From: a virus
IMG/VR virus record: IMGVR_UViG_3300020159_001932
Coordinates: 68,603-132,602 of that record
Length of the DNA: 64,000 bases
Strand: one strand, 5' to 3'
In this document: positions 50,026 to 59,410 of the stretch, in pieces
Position numbering within the stretch: position 1 is the stretch's first letter
Layout: each line of letters begins with the position of its first letter
Notes under the pieces: generated by a model
The model's input: only the letters and a program-made list of their open reading frames with translations
Told to the model about the DNA's origin: nothing
Database searches by the model: none
Program-made: the position numbers and the translations under genes

Positions 50026-51225
50026 ATGCCATATATTTTAACAAAAACCAATGGAACAATTTTAACAACGGTGCAAGATGCATCGACGGATAACTCTACT
50101 AGCCTGACGTTTGTTGGAAGAAATTATTCAGGATATGGTCGTCCCATTGAAGAAAATTTTGTTAGATTGTTAGAAAATTTTTCCAATACTACAAAACCGA
50201 GTAAACCGGTTCAAGGACAGTTCTGGTTTGACAATACTCCTACTGTACGTAGGATGAAGATTTGTTACGACGGTGCTCGATTTAAAGATATTTCTAATAT
50301 TCCTTATAACTCATCGCCGCCCACTGATCCTAATACTGGAGATTTATGGTGGGATTCTTTAAATAATCAAATTAAAGTCTACGATTCAGTTAATAATATA
50401 TGGATTGCAAGTCAGCCATTTGGTGGTGCAAGCAGTTCCTGGGATTTCGCTAGAATTGAAGACTCTCTGTCTATTGAAAGAGATGCAATCAGCGGCTACC
50501 TGGGTAGTACCTTAACTGTAATATTTTCTGCTAATAGGTATAATACTCTAGCTTCACTTCCTATTAATGCTCGCTTTCCAAAGGTGGCGCCTGGTATTAC
50601 ACTTCCTAATGCCAATCCTGTTACTGGCAGTTCTGCAAATTCTACATCAACTGGATTTCTACTTTGGGGAACAGCAGCTGACGCTTTAAAAACTCAGAAA
50701 GTAGACATAGCAGAAACCGTAAGTACAACTACTCAATATATAACTATTGTTTCAAATACTAACGGTTCGGAAAAATTATATACCACATCTACATTTTACT
50801 TCGAACCGTCGACCAATGTTTTAAATGCAACGGCCTCAAGTGCTTTGTATGCCGACATTGCCGAACGTTATGAAGCAGATGCAATCTATGAGCCTGGCAC
50901 TGTTTTAATGCATGGTGGCAAAAACGAGGTTACTATTGCTATTTTACATGCTACAACAGCAGTAGCAGGAATTGTATCTACAAAACCCGCATATATGATG
51001 AATTCTGAGGCAGGATCTGACGAAACTCACCCCTTTATTGCCTTAAAAGGCCGTGTTCCTTGCAAGATTTGTGGCCCTGTAAAGAAAGGCGACCTACTAG
51101 TTGCCAGCGGATACAAACCGGGTTATGCTACAAAGAAACAAGATTCGGATAGTTCCGATGCTGTAATAGGAAAGGCCCTACAAGATTTTGCAGGGCCTTT
51201 TGGTGTCGTTGAAGTTAAAGTCTAA
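50026..51225 (+). CDS. Fibre-like protein with a C-terminal peptidase-G2-like chaperone domain
   Basis: Same N-terminal module as the previous gene; C-terminal YADIAERY...GIVSTKPAY.MN...ALKGRVPCK...KGDLLV...IGKAL. Confidence 0.75.
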   Translation: MPYILTKTNGTILTTVQDASTDNSTSLTFVGRNYSGYGRPIEENFVRLLENFSNTTKPSKPVQGQFWFDNTPTVRRMKICYDGARFKDISNIPYNSSPPTDPNTGDLWWDSLNNQIKVYDSVNNIWIASQPFGGASSSWDFARIEDSLSIERDAISGYLGSTLTVIFSANRYNTLASLPINARFPKVAPGITLPNANPVTGSSANSTSTGFLLWGTAADALKTQKVDIAETVSTTTQYITIVSNTNGSEKLYTTSTFYFEPSTNVLNATASSALYADIAERYEADAIYEPGTVLMHGGKNEVTIAILHATTAVAGIVSTKPAYMMNSEAGSDETHPFIALKGRVPCKICGPVKKGDLLVASGYKPGYATKKQDSDSSDAVIGKALQDFAGPFGVVEVKV

Positions 51226-52103
51226 ACAGCCATTGGTGCTTTGATAGCATCGTGGCTTTGATAACCTTCTAACTCAATATCTTCCATTTCAAAGTCTGTA
51301 ATAACAGAAATTTCTGGATTTAATTTTAATGTAGGTAGTGGCAATGGCTCTCTAGCCAGTTGTTCTTTTACCTGATCAAAGTGATTAGCGTATATGTGAG
51401 CATCACCAATTGTAATAATTAAATCGCCTACTTCAAAATTACATACCTGTGCAATCATATGAGTAAACAATGCATAACTTGCAATGTTGAACGGCACTCC
51501 CAAAAACATATCTGCACTACGCTGATACATCTGACAACTTAGCTTGCCGTTGTTAACATAGAACTGTGCCATCATATGGCAAGGAGGCAATGCCATAAAG
51601 TCAAGTTCTCCAGGATTCCATGCACTAATAATATGCCGACGACTGTATGGATCTTCTTTTAAACCTGAAATCAATTCTAGTAACTGATCGTGATTTTGGA
51701 GTACAACTTTGTTAATACGGATCAAAGGTTTGCGCCATCTGCGCCATTGCACACCATAGACACGACCCAGGTCCCCAGGATGACGTTGTAGTCGTTTCTT
51801 AACCCAATATGGTGCCTGAGCATTATCAGTCCAGATGGTTTTCTTTTCGCTGAAACGACTTCCGTGCAAAATTTCTCGAAGTCGAAGTTCGTCACCGCTA
51901 CCTTCAATAAACCAAAGTAGTTCACTGACAACGGCTCTCCATGCTAACTTTTTAGTTGTGATAGCAGGAAATCCGTCCTCTAAATTAAACCGCATTTGTA
52001 GACCAAAAATACTACGTGTACCAACACCAGTACGATCTGGTCTATCGTCACCATTCTCTAAAATATTTTTTAGAGAACTGAGGTAAACTTTATCTGAATG
52101 CAT
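51222..52103 (-). CDS. thyA: Thymidylate synthase
   Basis: DRTGVGT, ELLWF, YGVQWR, ALPPCH, YQRSAD.FLGVPFN and GDAHIY motifs. Confidence 0.97.
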   Translation of the reverse strand: MHSDKVYLSSLKNILENGDDRPDRTGVGTRSIFGLQMRFNLEDGFPAITTKKLAWRAVVSELLWFIEGSGDELRLREILHGSRFSEKKTIWTDNAQAPYWVKKRLQRHPGDLGRVYGVQWRRWRKPLIRINKVVLQNHDQLLELISGLKEDPYSRRHIISAWNPGELDFMALPPCHMMAQFYVNNGKLSCQMYQRSADMFLGVPFNIASYALFTHMIAQVCNFEVGDLIITIGDAHIYANHFDQVKEQLAREPLPLPTLKLNPEISVITDFEMEDIELEGYQSHDAIKAPMAV

Positions 52104-52696
52104 TATTCAACTTCTTCAGAGATAACTTCTTTTTTCTTACTCTTTGGAGGATCTAGTGCATCTGCCTGCTTACGCAATGCTTGTGCTTCTTTAAAAAGTT
52201 TATCTGCCTTTGAACGAAGTTGTGTTGGCGAGAGATTTTCAATTTCGCCGAGATCTTCGGCTGGTGAAGAAATAATTTCTTCAGTTTTTTTACTTGTTTT
52301 AGGATTAGGTTTAACACCTTCGCTAATAGCAAGTTGGTCAATTGTTACGCCTCTTTGTTCTGCAATTATTTGATTTAACTCGCTGAGTAATACACTTGCG
52401 TTAGGAGCAGGAGTCATAATAACACCCGAAGTTGGTACCTTCTTGAGTAATCCGTTATTATGCAAGGCATCGAGCATGGTATGGCCATCTGGGAATTTAC
52501 GAACCGCAAGAATATCTGCAAGCTCGTTAGCAGACTGTCCGCTGGTATCTTGAATAAGATTCATCATCGAATCATGCCAAGACTCGGGCAAACTGCCTGC
52601 GCCAACTACTAATGCACTACCTGAATCACCAGGTAGTGTTCTATAAACAACGGCAATTTTTGCACCATTGTTTTTCATTTTTCCTACGTGTTTCAT
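52103..52696 (-). CDS. Hypothetical protein
   Basis: 197-aa ORF with AAGGA RBS, in operon. Confidence 0.7.
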   Translation of the reverse strand: MKHVGKMKNNGAKIAVVYRTLPGDSGSALVVGAGSLPESWHDSMMNLIQDTSGQSANELADILAVRKFPDGHTMLDALHNNGLLKKVPTSGVIMTPAPNASVLLSELNQIIAEQRGVTIDQLAISEGVKPNPKTSKKTEEIISSPAEDLGEIENLSPTQLRSKADKLFKEAQALRKQADALDPPKSKKKEVISEEVE

Positions 52697-52708
52697 AAAT
52701 TTTCCTTT

Positions 52709-52951
52709 TTATTCTGATGCTTGTTGATCAGCATCCTGTGGTTGTGCAGGTGCCACAGCATTTAAAAAATTATTTAAACGATCAAAAACACTGCCTACTG
52801 CGGTTAATTCTGCACCACCAAACGCACCGCGACGAGATGCTGTGTCAATAATAGCACGAATATTTTGCAAATCGTTGATATTTAATTCGGGCTGGGCAGG
52901 CGCACCATTGATATCTTGTCCTGCTACTTGTGCTTGTTCCATATTTTCCAT
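52709..52951 (-). CDS. Hypothetical protein
   Basis: ORF track 52709..52993. Likely start at ATG 52951, after AAGGA. Confidence 0.6.
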   Translation of the reverse strand: MENMEQAQVAGQDINGAPAQPELNINDLQNIRAIIDTASRRGAFGGAELTAVGSVFDRLNNFLNAVAPAQPQDADQQASE

Positions 52952-52964
52952 TTTAAAAGTCCTT

Positions 52965-53243
52965 TTATTTTTTGTGTATATGAGGGCAACCAAGTGTTAG
53001 CATAGTAATTTCTCTAGGATCTTCTAAACCAACTTCAACAACCTCTATCATTTTTTTACTCGAGTCAATTGATAGAGTTTTTTTGATTGCATACCTACTA
53101 TTTAAGTTATAGTTAATCCAGTGGTCTAACATTTTGATATCAACTAAACTAATAGTAATTTTACCAAAATGTTCAGGAATGAAGTCAAGTTTCCTTAACT
53201 TCAACACTCCCAACGGATTAACTTCGCCTCTACTTAGAGCCAT
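52965..53243 (-). CDS. Hypothetical protein
   Basis: 92-aa ORF packed into the operon. Confidence 0.65.
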   Translation of the reverse strand: MALSRGEVNPLGVLKLRKLDFIPEHFGKITISLVDIKMLDHWINYNLNSRYAIKKTLSIDSSKKMIEVVEVGLEDPREITMLTLGCPHIHKK

Positions 53244-53246
53244 GAT

Positions 53247-54506
53247 TTACTTATAATGTGCAGTCTGACCAAACGGAGCAATGATACTATCGTTGCCGTG
53301 AACAATAAACAAAGTGTCACAATACTCTTCATCACCCCAACTACCACAAGGATATCCATCAGTAAACATGATAAACTTTTTAGGGTTGATATCGTTGTCT
53401 TTCATAAATTGCCAGTTGGCTTCAAAATCTGTGCCGCCGCCGCCCATGCATTTATAATCATTGATGTCCTCGGCAGTATCTCCGGTAAATTTTTGATAGT
53501 TATAAATTTCAGTATCAAAGCACCACAGATCTAATTTAAAGTCTTTGTATTCTTCCATAATACCTTTAACTTCGCTTAGGAAATCTTTGGCCATGGTATC
53601 TGAAATACTACCAGACATGTCAATACAAACAGAAACATCAATTGTTTCTTCATTCATCATGCCAGGGAGTATAGCACCACAATGTTGAGATTTGCGGTTA
53701 GGTCTACTGAAACTAAAGTTGCTCTTAAGAATGCTCTGGATATTCATACGCAACATCTGGCGCCAATCCATTTTAGGTTCAGTGAATGATTGGATCATAC
53801 GTGCTACTCCGGCAGGAATCCTGCCAGCACCTGCAGCCTGTGCCGCGGCAACCATAGCCTCTTTAATCTCGTCACGGATCTGTTTCTTTTCTTCAGCAGT
53901 CAGTTTAGGACGCTTACCCTTGCCTTCTCCGTCACCGTCTTGATCATCACCGTCGCCTTCGCCTTCCTCGCCGTCTAGGTGCTCATCGAGCAATTCTCCA
54001 AGATCGTTAATGTTAATTTTAACTGCCTTAGATTCAAGTTCTTCGTAGATTTCTTCGTAGCTCTTACCACGATACTTGTTGTCTTGGAAAATTTTAATCC
54101 AATCTGGCACTTCACCAATGCGCTCATCTTTAAGAATTTGATTAGCGGCATAGTCAGCGGCAATGTTAGACAACTGAGGATCTCGGTTTTCTCGACGACC
54201 CATGTGATCAAATACATTATGTAGGACTTCGTGTGCAAATCCAAACTCAGCCTGCTTAGGAGTGAGTTTATTTACAAAATCGTTATTGTAATAGAAATGC
54301 CGGCCGTCTGTGGCCAAAGTACCGCACCATTCTGTAGCATCTACTAGCTTAAGACGAGTAGCCAAATTGCCAAAGAAAGGATGACGGAGCAAAAGACCAA
54401 TACGAGCCGTAACAAGTTTTTCTACAATTTTGTTCTTTTCGGCTTGTGTAAAATCTCGTTTTTGGATTTTATTGCCTTTTGTAGCAGTGGTGCTCTTTGA
54501 TGACAT
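53247..54506 (-). CDS. HExxH metallopeptidase-like plus vWA domain protein (DUF2201-type)
   Basis: ATDG, AHEVLH, NIAADYAAN, MIDAS motif DMSGS and GGGGTDF. Confidence 0.88.
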   Translation of the reverse strand: MSSKSTTATKGNKIQKRDFTQAEKNKIVEKLVTARIGLLLRHPFFGNLATRLKLVDATEWCGTLATDGRHFYYNNDFVNKLTPKQAEFGFAHEVLHNVFDHMGRRENRDPQLSNIAADYAANQILKDERIGEVPDWIKIFQDNKYRGKSYEEIYEELESKAVKININDLGELLDEHLDGEEGEGDGDDQDGDGEGKGKRPKLTAEEKKQIRDEIKEAMVAAAQAAGAGRIPAGVARMIQSFTEPKMDWRQMLRMNIQSILKSNFSFSRPNRKSQHCGAILPGMMNEETIDVSVCIDMSGSISDTMAKDFLSEVKGIMEEYKDFKLDLWCFDTEIYNYQKFTGDTAEDINDYKCMGGGGTDFEANWQFMKDNDINPKKFIMFTDGYPCGSWGDEEYCDTLFIVHGNDSIIAPFGQTAHYK

Positions 54507-54523
54507 AATAACTTCCTTTAGTG

Positions 54524-54562
54524 TATGTATTTAATTATACACTCAAATTGAAAAAAGTGCAA
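54524..54562 (-). promoter_or_regulatory. sigma70-type early promoter
   Basis: TTGCAC-N17-TATAAT followed by TAAATACATA. Confidence 0.75.
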
Positions 54563-54564
54563 GT

Positions 54565-54590
54565 ATTAAAGGCCCCAAAGGGCCTTTAAT
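54565..54590 (-). terminator. Hairpin, probable terminator after the AAA ATPase
   Basis: Perfect 11-bp inverted repeat ATTAAAGGCCC-caaa-GGGCCTTTAAT. Confidence 0.7.
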
Positions 54591-55672
54591 TAACCTTCCA
54601 TTGCAGTAATAATAAACTTACCGTATTTGTCGTGGAAACGATCAAAGTTCTGCAATTTAGATGCATCAAACGGTAGTTGATAATTTGTCAACGCTACCTT
54701 TGCACCCATAACAACCAATTCGGTTGGAAAATTATCCATCATAAAGCCAAAGAAGTTATCTGCCATAGCATCCCAATCTTTGACTTTCTTCTCGTGTGCA
54801 GTCTGAAGTTCGTAGCACATAGAAACAGTCAATGAATACATCGCAGAAATTTCTTTGATATCGCACTTCTTAACCTTACCTGCCAAAATATCTTCAGGCT
54901 TGGGCATCTGTTTGGCTACTTTGCGGTGAGCCATAAACTTAACAGCGAGACCTTCACCGATAGCACCTGCAACCAAATCGGTTAGTGTGTTTTCTGGCAA
55001 GTCATCGTCTTGCAGAAGTTCACTGACAAAACTCCAAGAACGAGGAGTGGCAAATGCACGACTTGAAGATTTTGGATCAAAGTCGTACAAGTCTTGTTTG
55101 GCAAAGCCAACATAACCGACAACCTGTTCGTGAATACGATTGGTAGTAGCCCACTGGAGCCAATCTTCGTAATCAGATTTTAGTTCAATGTGAACAAAAC
55201 GGTTTGCCAACGGAGCAGGCATACGATAAGTAACACCTTTGTCGGTTTCACGGTTACCGGCAGCAACAATTGAAACACCCTTTGGAAGGATATATGTACC
55301 AACACGACGATTCAAGATCAGCTGATAGGCAGCTGCCTGTGTAGCAGGAGCGGCAGAGTTCAACTCATCCAAGAACAGAATAGCAGTAGACTCAGGATCA
55401 GTGGGCAATTCTGCTGGAGGAGCCCAGGTCATAGAATTTTCTGTACTGTTGTAATAAGGAATACCCTTAATGTCAGTGGGTTCCCACAAACTCAAACGAA
55501 CGTCAATTACATCGCGATTTTGTTCGTCTCCAATTTGTTTGACAATATCGGATTTGCCGATACCTGGAGGACCCCACATAAAAACAGGACGCTGAATTTT
55601 GATACACTTACGAATACTACGTTTGGCTTCGTTAGGAGTAACAGTACGATTTGAAGAAATTTGCTCGGCCAT
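54590..55672 (-). CDS. MoxR-like AAA+ ATPase
   Basis: Walker A GPPGIGKS, Walker B LFLDE, AAGN, PLANRF and TPRSW motifs. Confidence 0.9.
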   Translation of the reverse strand: MAEQISSNRTVTPNEAKRSIRKCIKIQRPVFMWGPPGIGKSDIVKQIGDEQNRDVIDVRLSLWEPTDIKGIPYYNSTENSMTWAPPAELPTDPESTAILFLDELNSAAPATQAAAYQLILNRRVGTYILPKGVSIVAAGNRETDKGVTYRMPAPLANRFVHIELKSDYEDWLQWATTNRIHEQVVGYVGFAKQDLYDFDPKSSSRAFATPRSWSFVSELLQDDDLPENTLTDLVAGAIGEGLAVKFMAHRKVAKQMPKPEDILAGKVKKCDIKEISAMYSLTVSMCYELQTAHEKKVKDWDAMADNFFGFMMDNFPTELVVMGAKVALTNYQLPFDASKLQNFDRFHDKYGKFIITAMEG

Positions 55673-55723
55673 TTTGCGCTTTCAAAAATTTGAGTTTAAA
55701 AATATTGATGCGGTGCGCTTCAA

Positions 55724-55761
55724 TATGTATTAATTATACGCTTATTTTGCAGGTACGTCAA
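55724..55761 (-). promoter_or_regulatory. sigma70-type early promoter
   Basis: TTGACG-N17-TATAAT followed by TAATACATA. Confidence 0.8.
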
Positions 55762-56125
55762 GCGATTTTGCTTTTGCTGTGGTAAATTTTTGAATGTTGC
55801 CAGAAAACAACACAAGTTGTACAGCCATTTTATCGTCAAATACGTAAATTTCTTTTTTACAAAGATACCAAGGACAGGTAATAAAATTGTCTAATCTTAA
55901 AATTAACTGATTGGTATAATCCATTTCGGAGTCAAATCTTACACAATGGGGTTTAACATATCTTGTTAAATTGGCAAACCCTTCATCTGTTAATTTTAAT
56001 CCACCCTTGTCCTTTTTTCTAGGGTTCTGCCACCAGCTGGCAGTAAGTTTTCGAAGGCTTTTTTCGTCTAAAGGAAGCCCCGATTGTTCGGCTATATATT
56101 TGGTTATTTCATTCTTCTTGTACAT
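55742..56125 (-). CDS. Hypothetical protein
   Basis: 127-aa ORF with WWQNPR and GGLKLT; overlaps the upstream gene. Confidence 0.7.
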   Translation of the reverse strand: MYKKNEITKYIAEQSGLPLDEKSLRKLTASWWQNPRKKDKGGLKLTDEGFANLTRYVKPHCVRFDSEMDYTNQLILRLDNFITCPWYLCKKEIYVFDDKMAVQLVLFSGNIQKFTTAKAKSLDVPAK

Positions 56126-56408
56126 TAGTTAACTGTTCGCCTGTGGTTAACTTAAAAACAGTAAAGTCGCTGGTATTGAATGTTTTGTTTAATTTTTCGG
56201 CAAGATTAATAGCATGTCCAGAATTTGAAAAACTAACCTTTTTATATTTTGGTCCCAACTGCTGGGCTACAATACTAGTAGTTTTTAGATTAATTGGTTT
56301 GTCTTTATAAAATACTGCCCAAATAGCATCTGCCTCTAAAACTTGCTCTGTTTTATAGGTTTTTTTATTAGTTACTTCTAATAAGACATTTGGTTTAGGC
56401 CTGCTCAT
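56109..56408 (-). CDS. Hypothetical protein
   Basis: 99-aa ORF with GGAG RBS and a TAAATA box at 56437-56442. Confidence 0.75.
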   Translation of the reverse strand: MSRPKPNVLLEVTNKKTYKTEQVLEADAIWAVFYKDKPINLKTTSIVAQQLGPKYKKVSFSNSGHAINLAEKLNKTFNTSDFTVFKLTTGEQLTNVQEE

Positions 56409-56454
56409 ATATACGATTCTCCGAAAAGTGCGTATATATTTATGAAAAAACCAA

Positions 56455-56667
56455 TTAAAATGTTCCGCCGTTTAATTTGACAACAATGTCTTCCTGCAAT
56501 CCGGATGGAGAGCTTTCTCCTGCAAGTCTTGCTAGTACAACACTAAGGCTATTTTGAAGGTCCGTTACTTCTTTGATAGTTAATGTAAGATTTTTTTGGT
56601 TGGTTTTAACAGCTAGTCTTGCCTTATCTAAAAAATCTTCAATGGGTAATGTGTTTAAATTTTTCAT
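56455..56667 (-). CDS. Hypothetical protein
   Basis: 70 aa, coupled to the upstream gene by an ATGA overlap. Confidence 0.65.
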   Translation of the reverse strand: MKNLNTLPIEDFLDKARLAVKTNQKNLTLTIKEVTDLQNSLSVVLARLAGESSPSGLQEDIVVKLNGGTF

Positions 56668-57143
56668 ACTTTGTTAAGATTATTTAACATCGTTTTCATT
56701 TCTTGTTCTGTTTTAAACGGACCGTGATATGGATATCGTTGTACAGTAATTAGTTTGGGACAAAAACTAGTTGCCCACCCTTTTCCTCTGAGGATAACAT
56801 AGTATCCAGCACAATATCTACTTTTACTCTTTGGACTTTTAGCAAATAAAGGTAGCTTACTTTTAACGCTGTAAACAGGCTCGTAGGGTTTTGTTCTACA
56901 TGGATAGTCATAGATATAATAATTTTTATTATCTATATCTTTTTTAACTTTTTTAACGCCCTCTTCAAAAAGTTCTATTCCGAGTTGTGCTTTAATATCA
57001 GTAAGATTTTTAAAACCTAAAGATTTGCCATTTTTATAAAACACATACCCTTTCTTGTTCTTTGAGATAGCACCGATCTTTTGATTATTATCAGTTACTA
57101 ACCATTCTTTATCGGGCACCAATACCTTGGCTGTGGAATTCAT
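56664..57143 (-). CDS. Hypothetical protein
   Basis: 159 aa, ATGA-coupled to the nuclease gene; CAGYY, FCPK and GPFKT motifs. Confidence 0.7.
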   Translation of the reverse strand: MNSTAKVLVPDKEWLVTDNNQKIGAISKNKKGYVFYKNGKSLGFKNLTDIKAQLGIELFEEGVKKVKKDIDNKNYYIYDYPCRTKPYEPVYSVKSKLPLFAKSPKSKSRYCAGYYVILRGKGWATSFCPKLITVQRYPYHGPFKTEQEMKTMLNNLNKV

Positions 57144-58132
57144 AGTATATACCTCGCATTTAATGGTTCTGCATAACTTTGCACTTGTTCGCTTACTTTT
57201 TGCAAATCATACTCTGCACAAAATTTTAGTAATCTAATACCAACTTGCGGTATGTTTTTTTCTGCTGTAACGGCAGCAGTGATAGTTTCTTTAATTAACA
57301 ATTTAATACTGTCTGGTTGTGCAGCGAGATCGCATAAAATAACATTTCGATTGTAATCGTCTAGTACACGATGCTCTACTCCTTCGTGGTCGGTCCAACG
57401 TTGAAGCATCATGTTGTTCCAAGAATAGCCCTTGGATTCTCTGTCGGCAAATGCCTCACGGAGACCAACCTTATTCTTTGTCCCTTTCTCACGTACTCCC
57501 GGATAAGCACTAAAGATGTTGTCGGAGGTGTCACCACGCATACACTTCTCAAAGAGTAGCCATGTAGGGTCCGGTGCGCCTTTTGCTTCACCAGTTTTCT
57601 TATCTTTAACAGGTTTACCTTTGGCATCAAAGTACCCTTCGTGCGTAGTTGTAATTTCCATTACACCGTTATATTGTTTAACATTAGGTGCAATGAGCTG
57701 TGCAAAGTCTCCGTCTGTGCTAATAACAATATGTTGATCTTCTGGATGACTTTGAATCCATCCTGCAATTAGATCATCTGCTTCAAGTTGCGGGTGTTGC
57801 AAAACTGTACAGTTAGTTTTATTAATAATAAAATCTTTAAACTGATCAAATGTTTCCCAAAATACTCGATCTTCTTCTGCTTCGCGTGGGCTCTGTGCGG
57901 CGCGAGCCTCTGTGCGCTGTCGCTTATAAGGAGCATAATGGTCCTTTCGCCAGCTTCTACCTTCTAAACAGAAGATAATATGGTCGCCTTTAAAGTCCTT
58001 CCACGCCTTACGAACACTGCCAAGAACAGTATGAATACTCATACCAACTTTATCTTCAAGGCTTCCTCGTACTACGTGTCTTGCTCTAAAGAATGTATTA
58101 GCAGTATCTACTAAAATAAATGTTTTAGACAT
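57140..58132 (-). CDS. rnh: 5'-3' exonuclease / T4 RNase H-like flap nuclease
   Basis: ILVD, WRK..Y..YK..R, EADDLI, STDGDFAQL and GDTSDNI motifs. Confidence 0.9.
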   Translation of the reverse strand: MSKTFILVDTANTFFRARHVVRGSLEDKVGMSIHTVLGSVRKAWKDFKGDHIIFCLEGRSWRKDHYAPYKRQRTEARAAQSPREAEEDRVFWETFDQFKDFIINKTNCTVLQHPQLEADDLIAGWIQSHPEDQHIVISTDGDFAQLIAPNVKQYNGVMEITTTHEGYFDAKGKPVKDKKTGEAKGAPDPTWLLFEKCMRGDTSDNIFSAYPGVREKGTKNKVGLREAFADRESKGYSWNNMMLQRWTDHEGVEHRVLDDYNRNVILCDLAAQPDSIKLLIKETITAAVTAEKNIPQVGIRLLKFCAEYDLQKVSEQVQSYAEPLNARYIL

Positions 58133-58569
58133 TAAAAAATCTCAGTTTTACCATCATCACGTAATGCACGATTAACATAACCGGCACCTCTTCTGGACAT
58201 ATCAACACCTTCTTCTCCACCGACATTTCGGCAAAGTTCCATAAACCATTGGTCGACAATTGCTTCATCAGTGTCGCCGGTATATCCTTCTGCTCTTAAT
58301 TGTAATACAAAATATTCGTTCCAGTCAAGTTCAAAAAACCCATTGCGTATATTATCTTTATTAACATGAGTATCCAAAACTGCTACCCAGGGTTCTCTTT
58401 TTTCAGTTGCTAGTTCTTTTGGTGTAAGGCCCGCAATTCTTTTTTCTTCAGCAATACGTTTAGATTCTTCTGCGGCTGCTTCGGCAATTGCTTTAATGCG
58501 TTCCTCTTCCTCGGCAGTTCTTACATATGGCTCTTTAATGCCAAATAACTTTTTAATAAGCTGTTTCAT
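58132..58569 (-). CDS. Hypothetical protein
   Basis: ORF track 58132..58632. Likely start is MKQLIK at 58569, just after the queE stop. Confidence 0.65.
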   Translation of the reverse strand: MKQLIKKLFGIKEPYVRTAEEEERIKAIAEAAAEESKRIAEEKRIAGLTPKELATEKREPWVAVLDTHVNKDNIRNGFFELDWNEYFVLQLRAEGYTGDTDEAIVDQWFMELCRNVGGEEGVDMSRRGAGYVNRALRDDGKTEIF

Positions 58570-58570
58570 A

Positions 58571-59410
58571 TTAAGTACCCCATTCGTTTTTAAACAACGG
58601 TACCTGCAACCTATCGCTATACCGTAATCCATGTTTCATTGCAGCCAATGCTACTGCTTTGTTGTTTAGACTATAAACACTTTCTACTCCGCCTACAGGC
58701 ATCAAATACACAGGACCTTGGAATCCAGCGGCTCTATATTCTTCTGTGGCTTTTAATGCGTCTGCAACATCTTCTTCTGTGGCTACTACAAACTTCAAAT
58801 ATACATAACCATAGTTTTCATAGTCAACAACTACCTTAGGCTTAATAGCATCTTTCCATGGCTCTCCACTAGCTGGAAGTTTAGCACTGACAGAGAATGT
58901 AAACTCTGTGTGACCACTACGCACAGACAAATACTCTTTGAATTTTTCTGTAAGACGCATGGTACCATTTGTTTCAAAGGTAATGTCTTTACAGCCACGC
59001 ATGTCTGGTTGCTCTAGCAAATCTGGAAATGCACGTTGCCAACCTAACAACGGTTCACCGCCTGTAATAACTAAATGCTCGTCACGCCATGCACCAAATG
59101 GTAATGTAGCAACAATGTCTTTAGCTAAACCGTCAACCTCGATCATTGGGCTTAGATCTTTAAATGCAGGATGCCAACTTGCATAACTGTCGCAGCCTGT
59201 GCTAACAAGCGGTAACAATTTGTATTCTGCAAATTCAACAGCACGTTCTGCAACTTTGTCTGCTTCTGTGCTTAGTTCGCCCTTGGGCATACCAAAGCCT
59301 TGGCAAGTAAAGTTACAACCGTATGTTCTTAAGAACACACTAGGCACACCCATAAAGCGTCCTTCGCCTTGGATGCTGTAAAACAATTCTGATACTTTAA
59401 TTTTGCTCAT
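58571..59410 (-). CDS. queE: 7-carboxy-7-deazaguanine synthase (QueE, radical SAM)
   Basis: ELFYSIQGEG...PSVFLRT.GCNFTC...CDS, VITGGEPLL, FETNGT and LKFVV motifs. Confidence 0.88.
   Translation of the reverse strand: MSKIKVSELFYSIQGEGRFMGVPSVFLRTYGCNFTCQGFGMPKGELSTEADKVAERAVEFAEYKLLPLVSTGCDSYASWHPAFKDLSPMIEVDGLAKDIVATLPFGAWRDEHLVITGGEPLLGWQRAFPDLLEQPDMRGCKDITFETNGTMRLTEKFKEYLSVRSGHTEFTFSVSAKLPASGEPWKDAIKPKVVVDYENYGYVYLKFVVATEEDVADALKATEEYRAAGFQGPVYLMPVGGVESVYSLNNKAVALAAMKHGLRYSDRLQVPLFKNEWGT

Noticed and set aside
51222-52103. Intron in thyA, or a dNMP hydroxymethylase instead of ThyA
   Set aside because: The ORF is continuous and keeps canonical ThyA motifs, including PFN.
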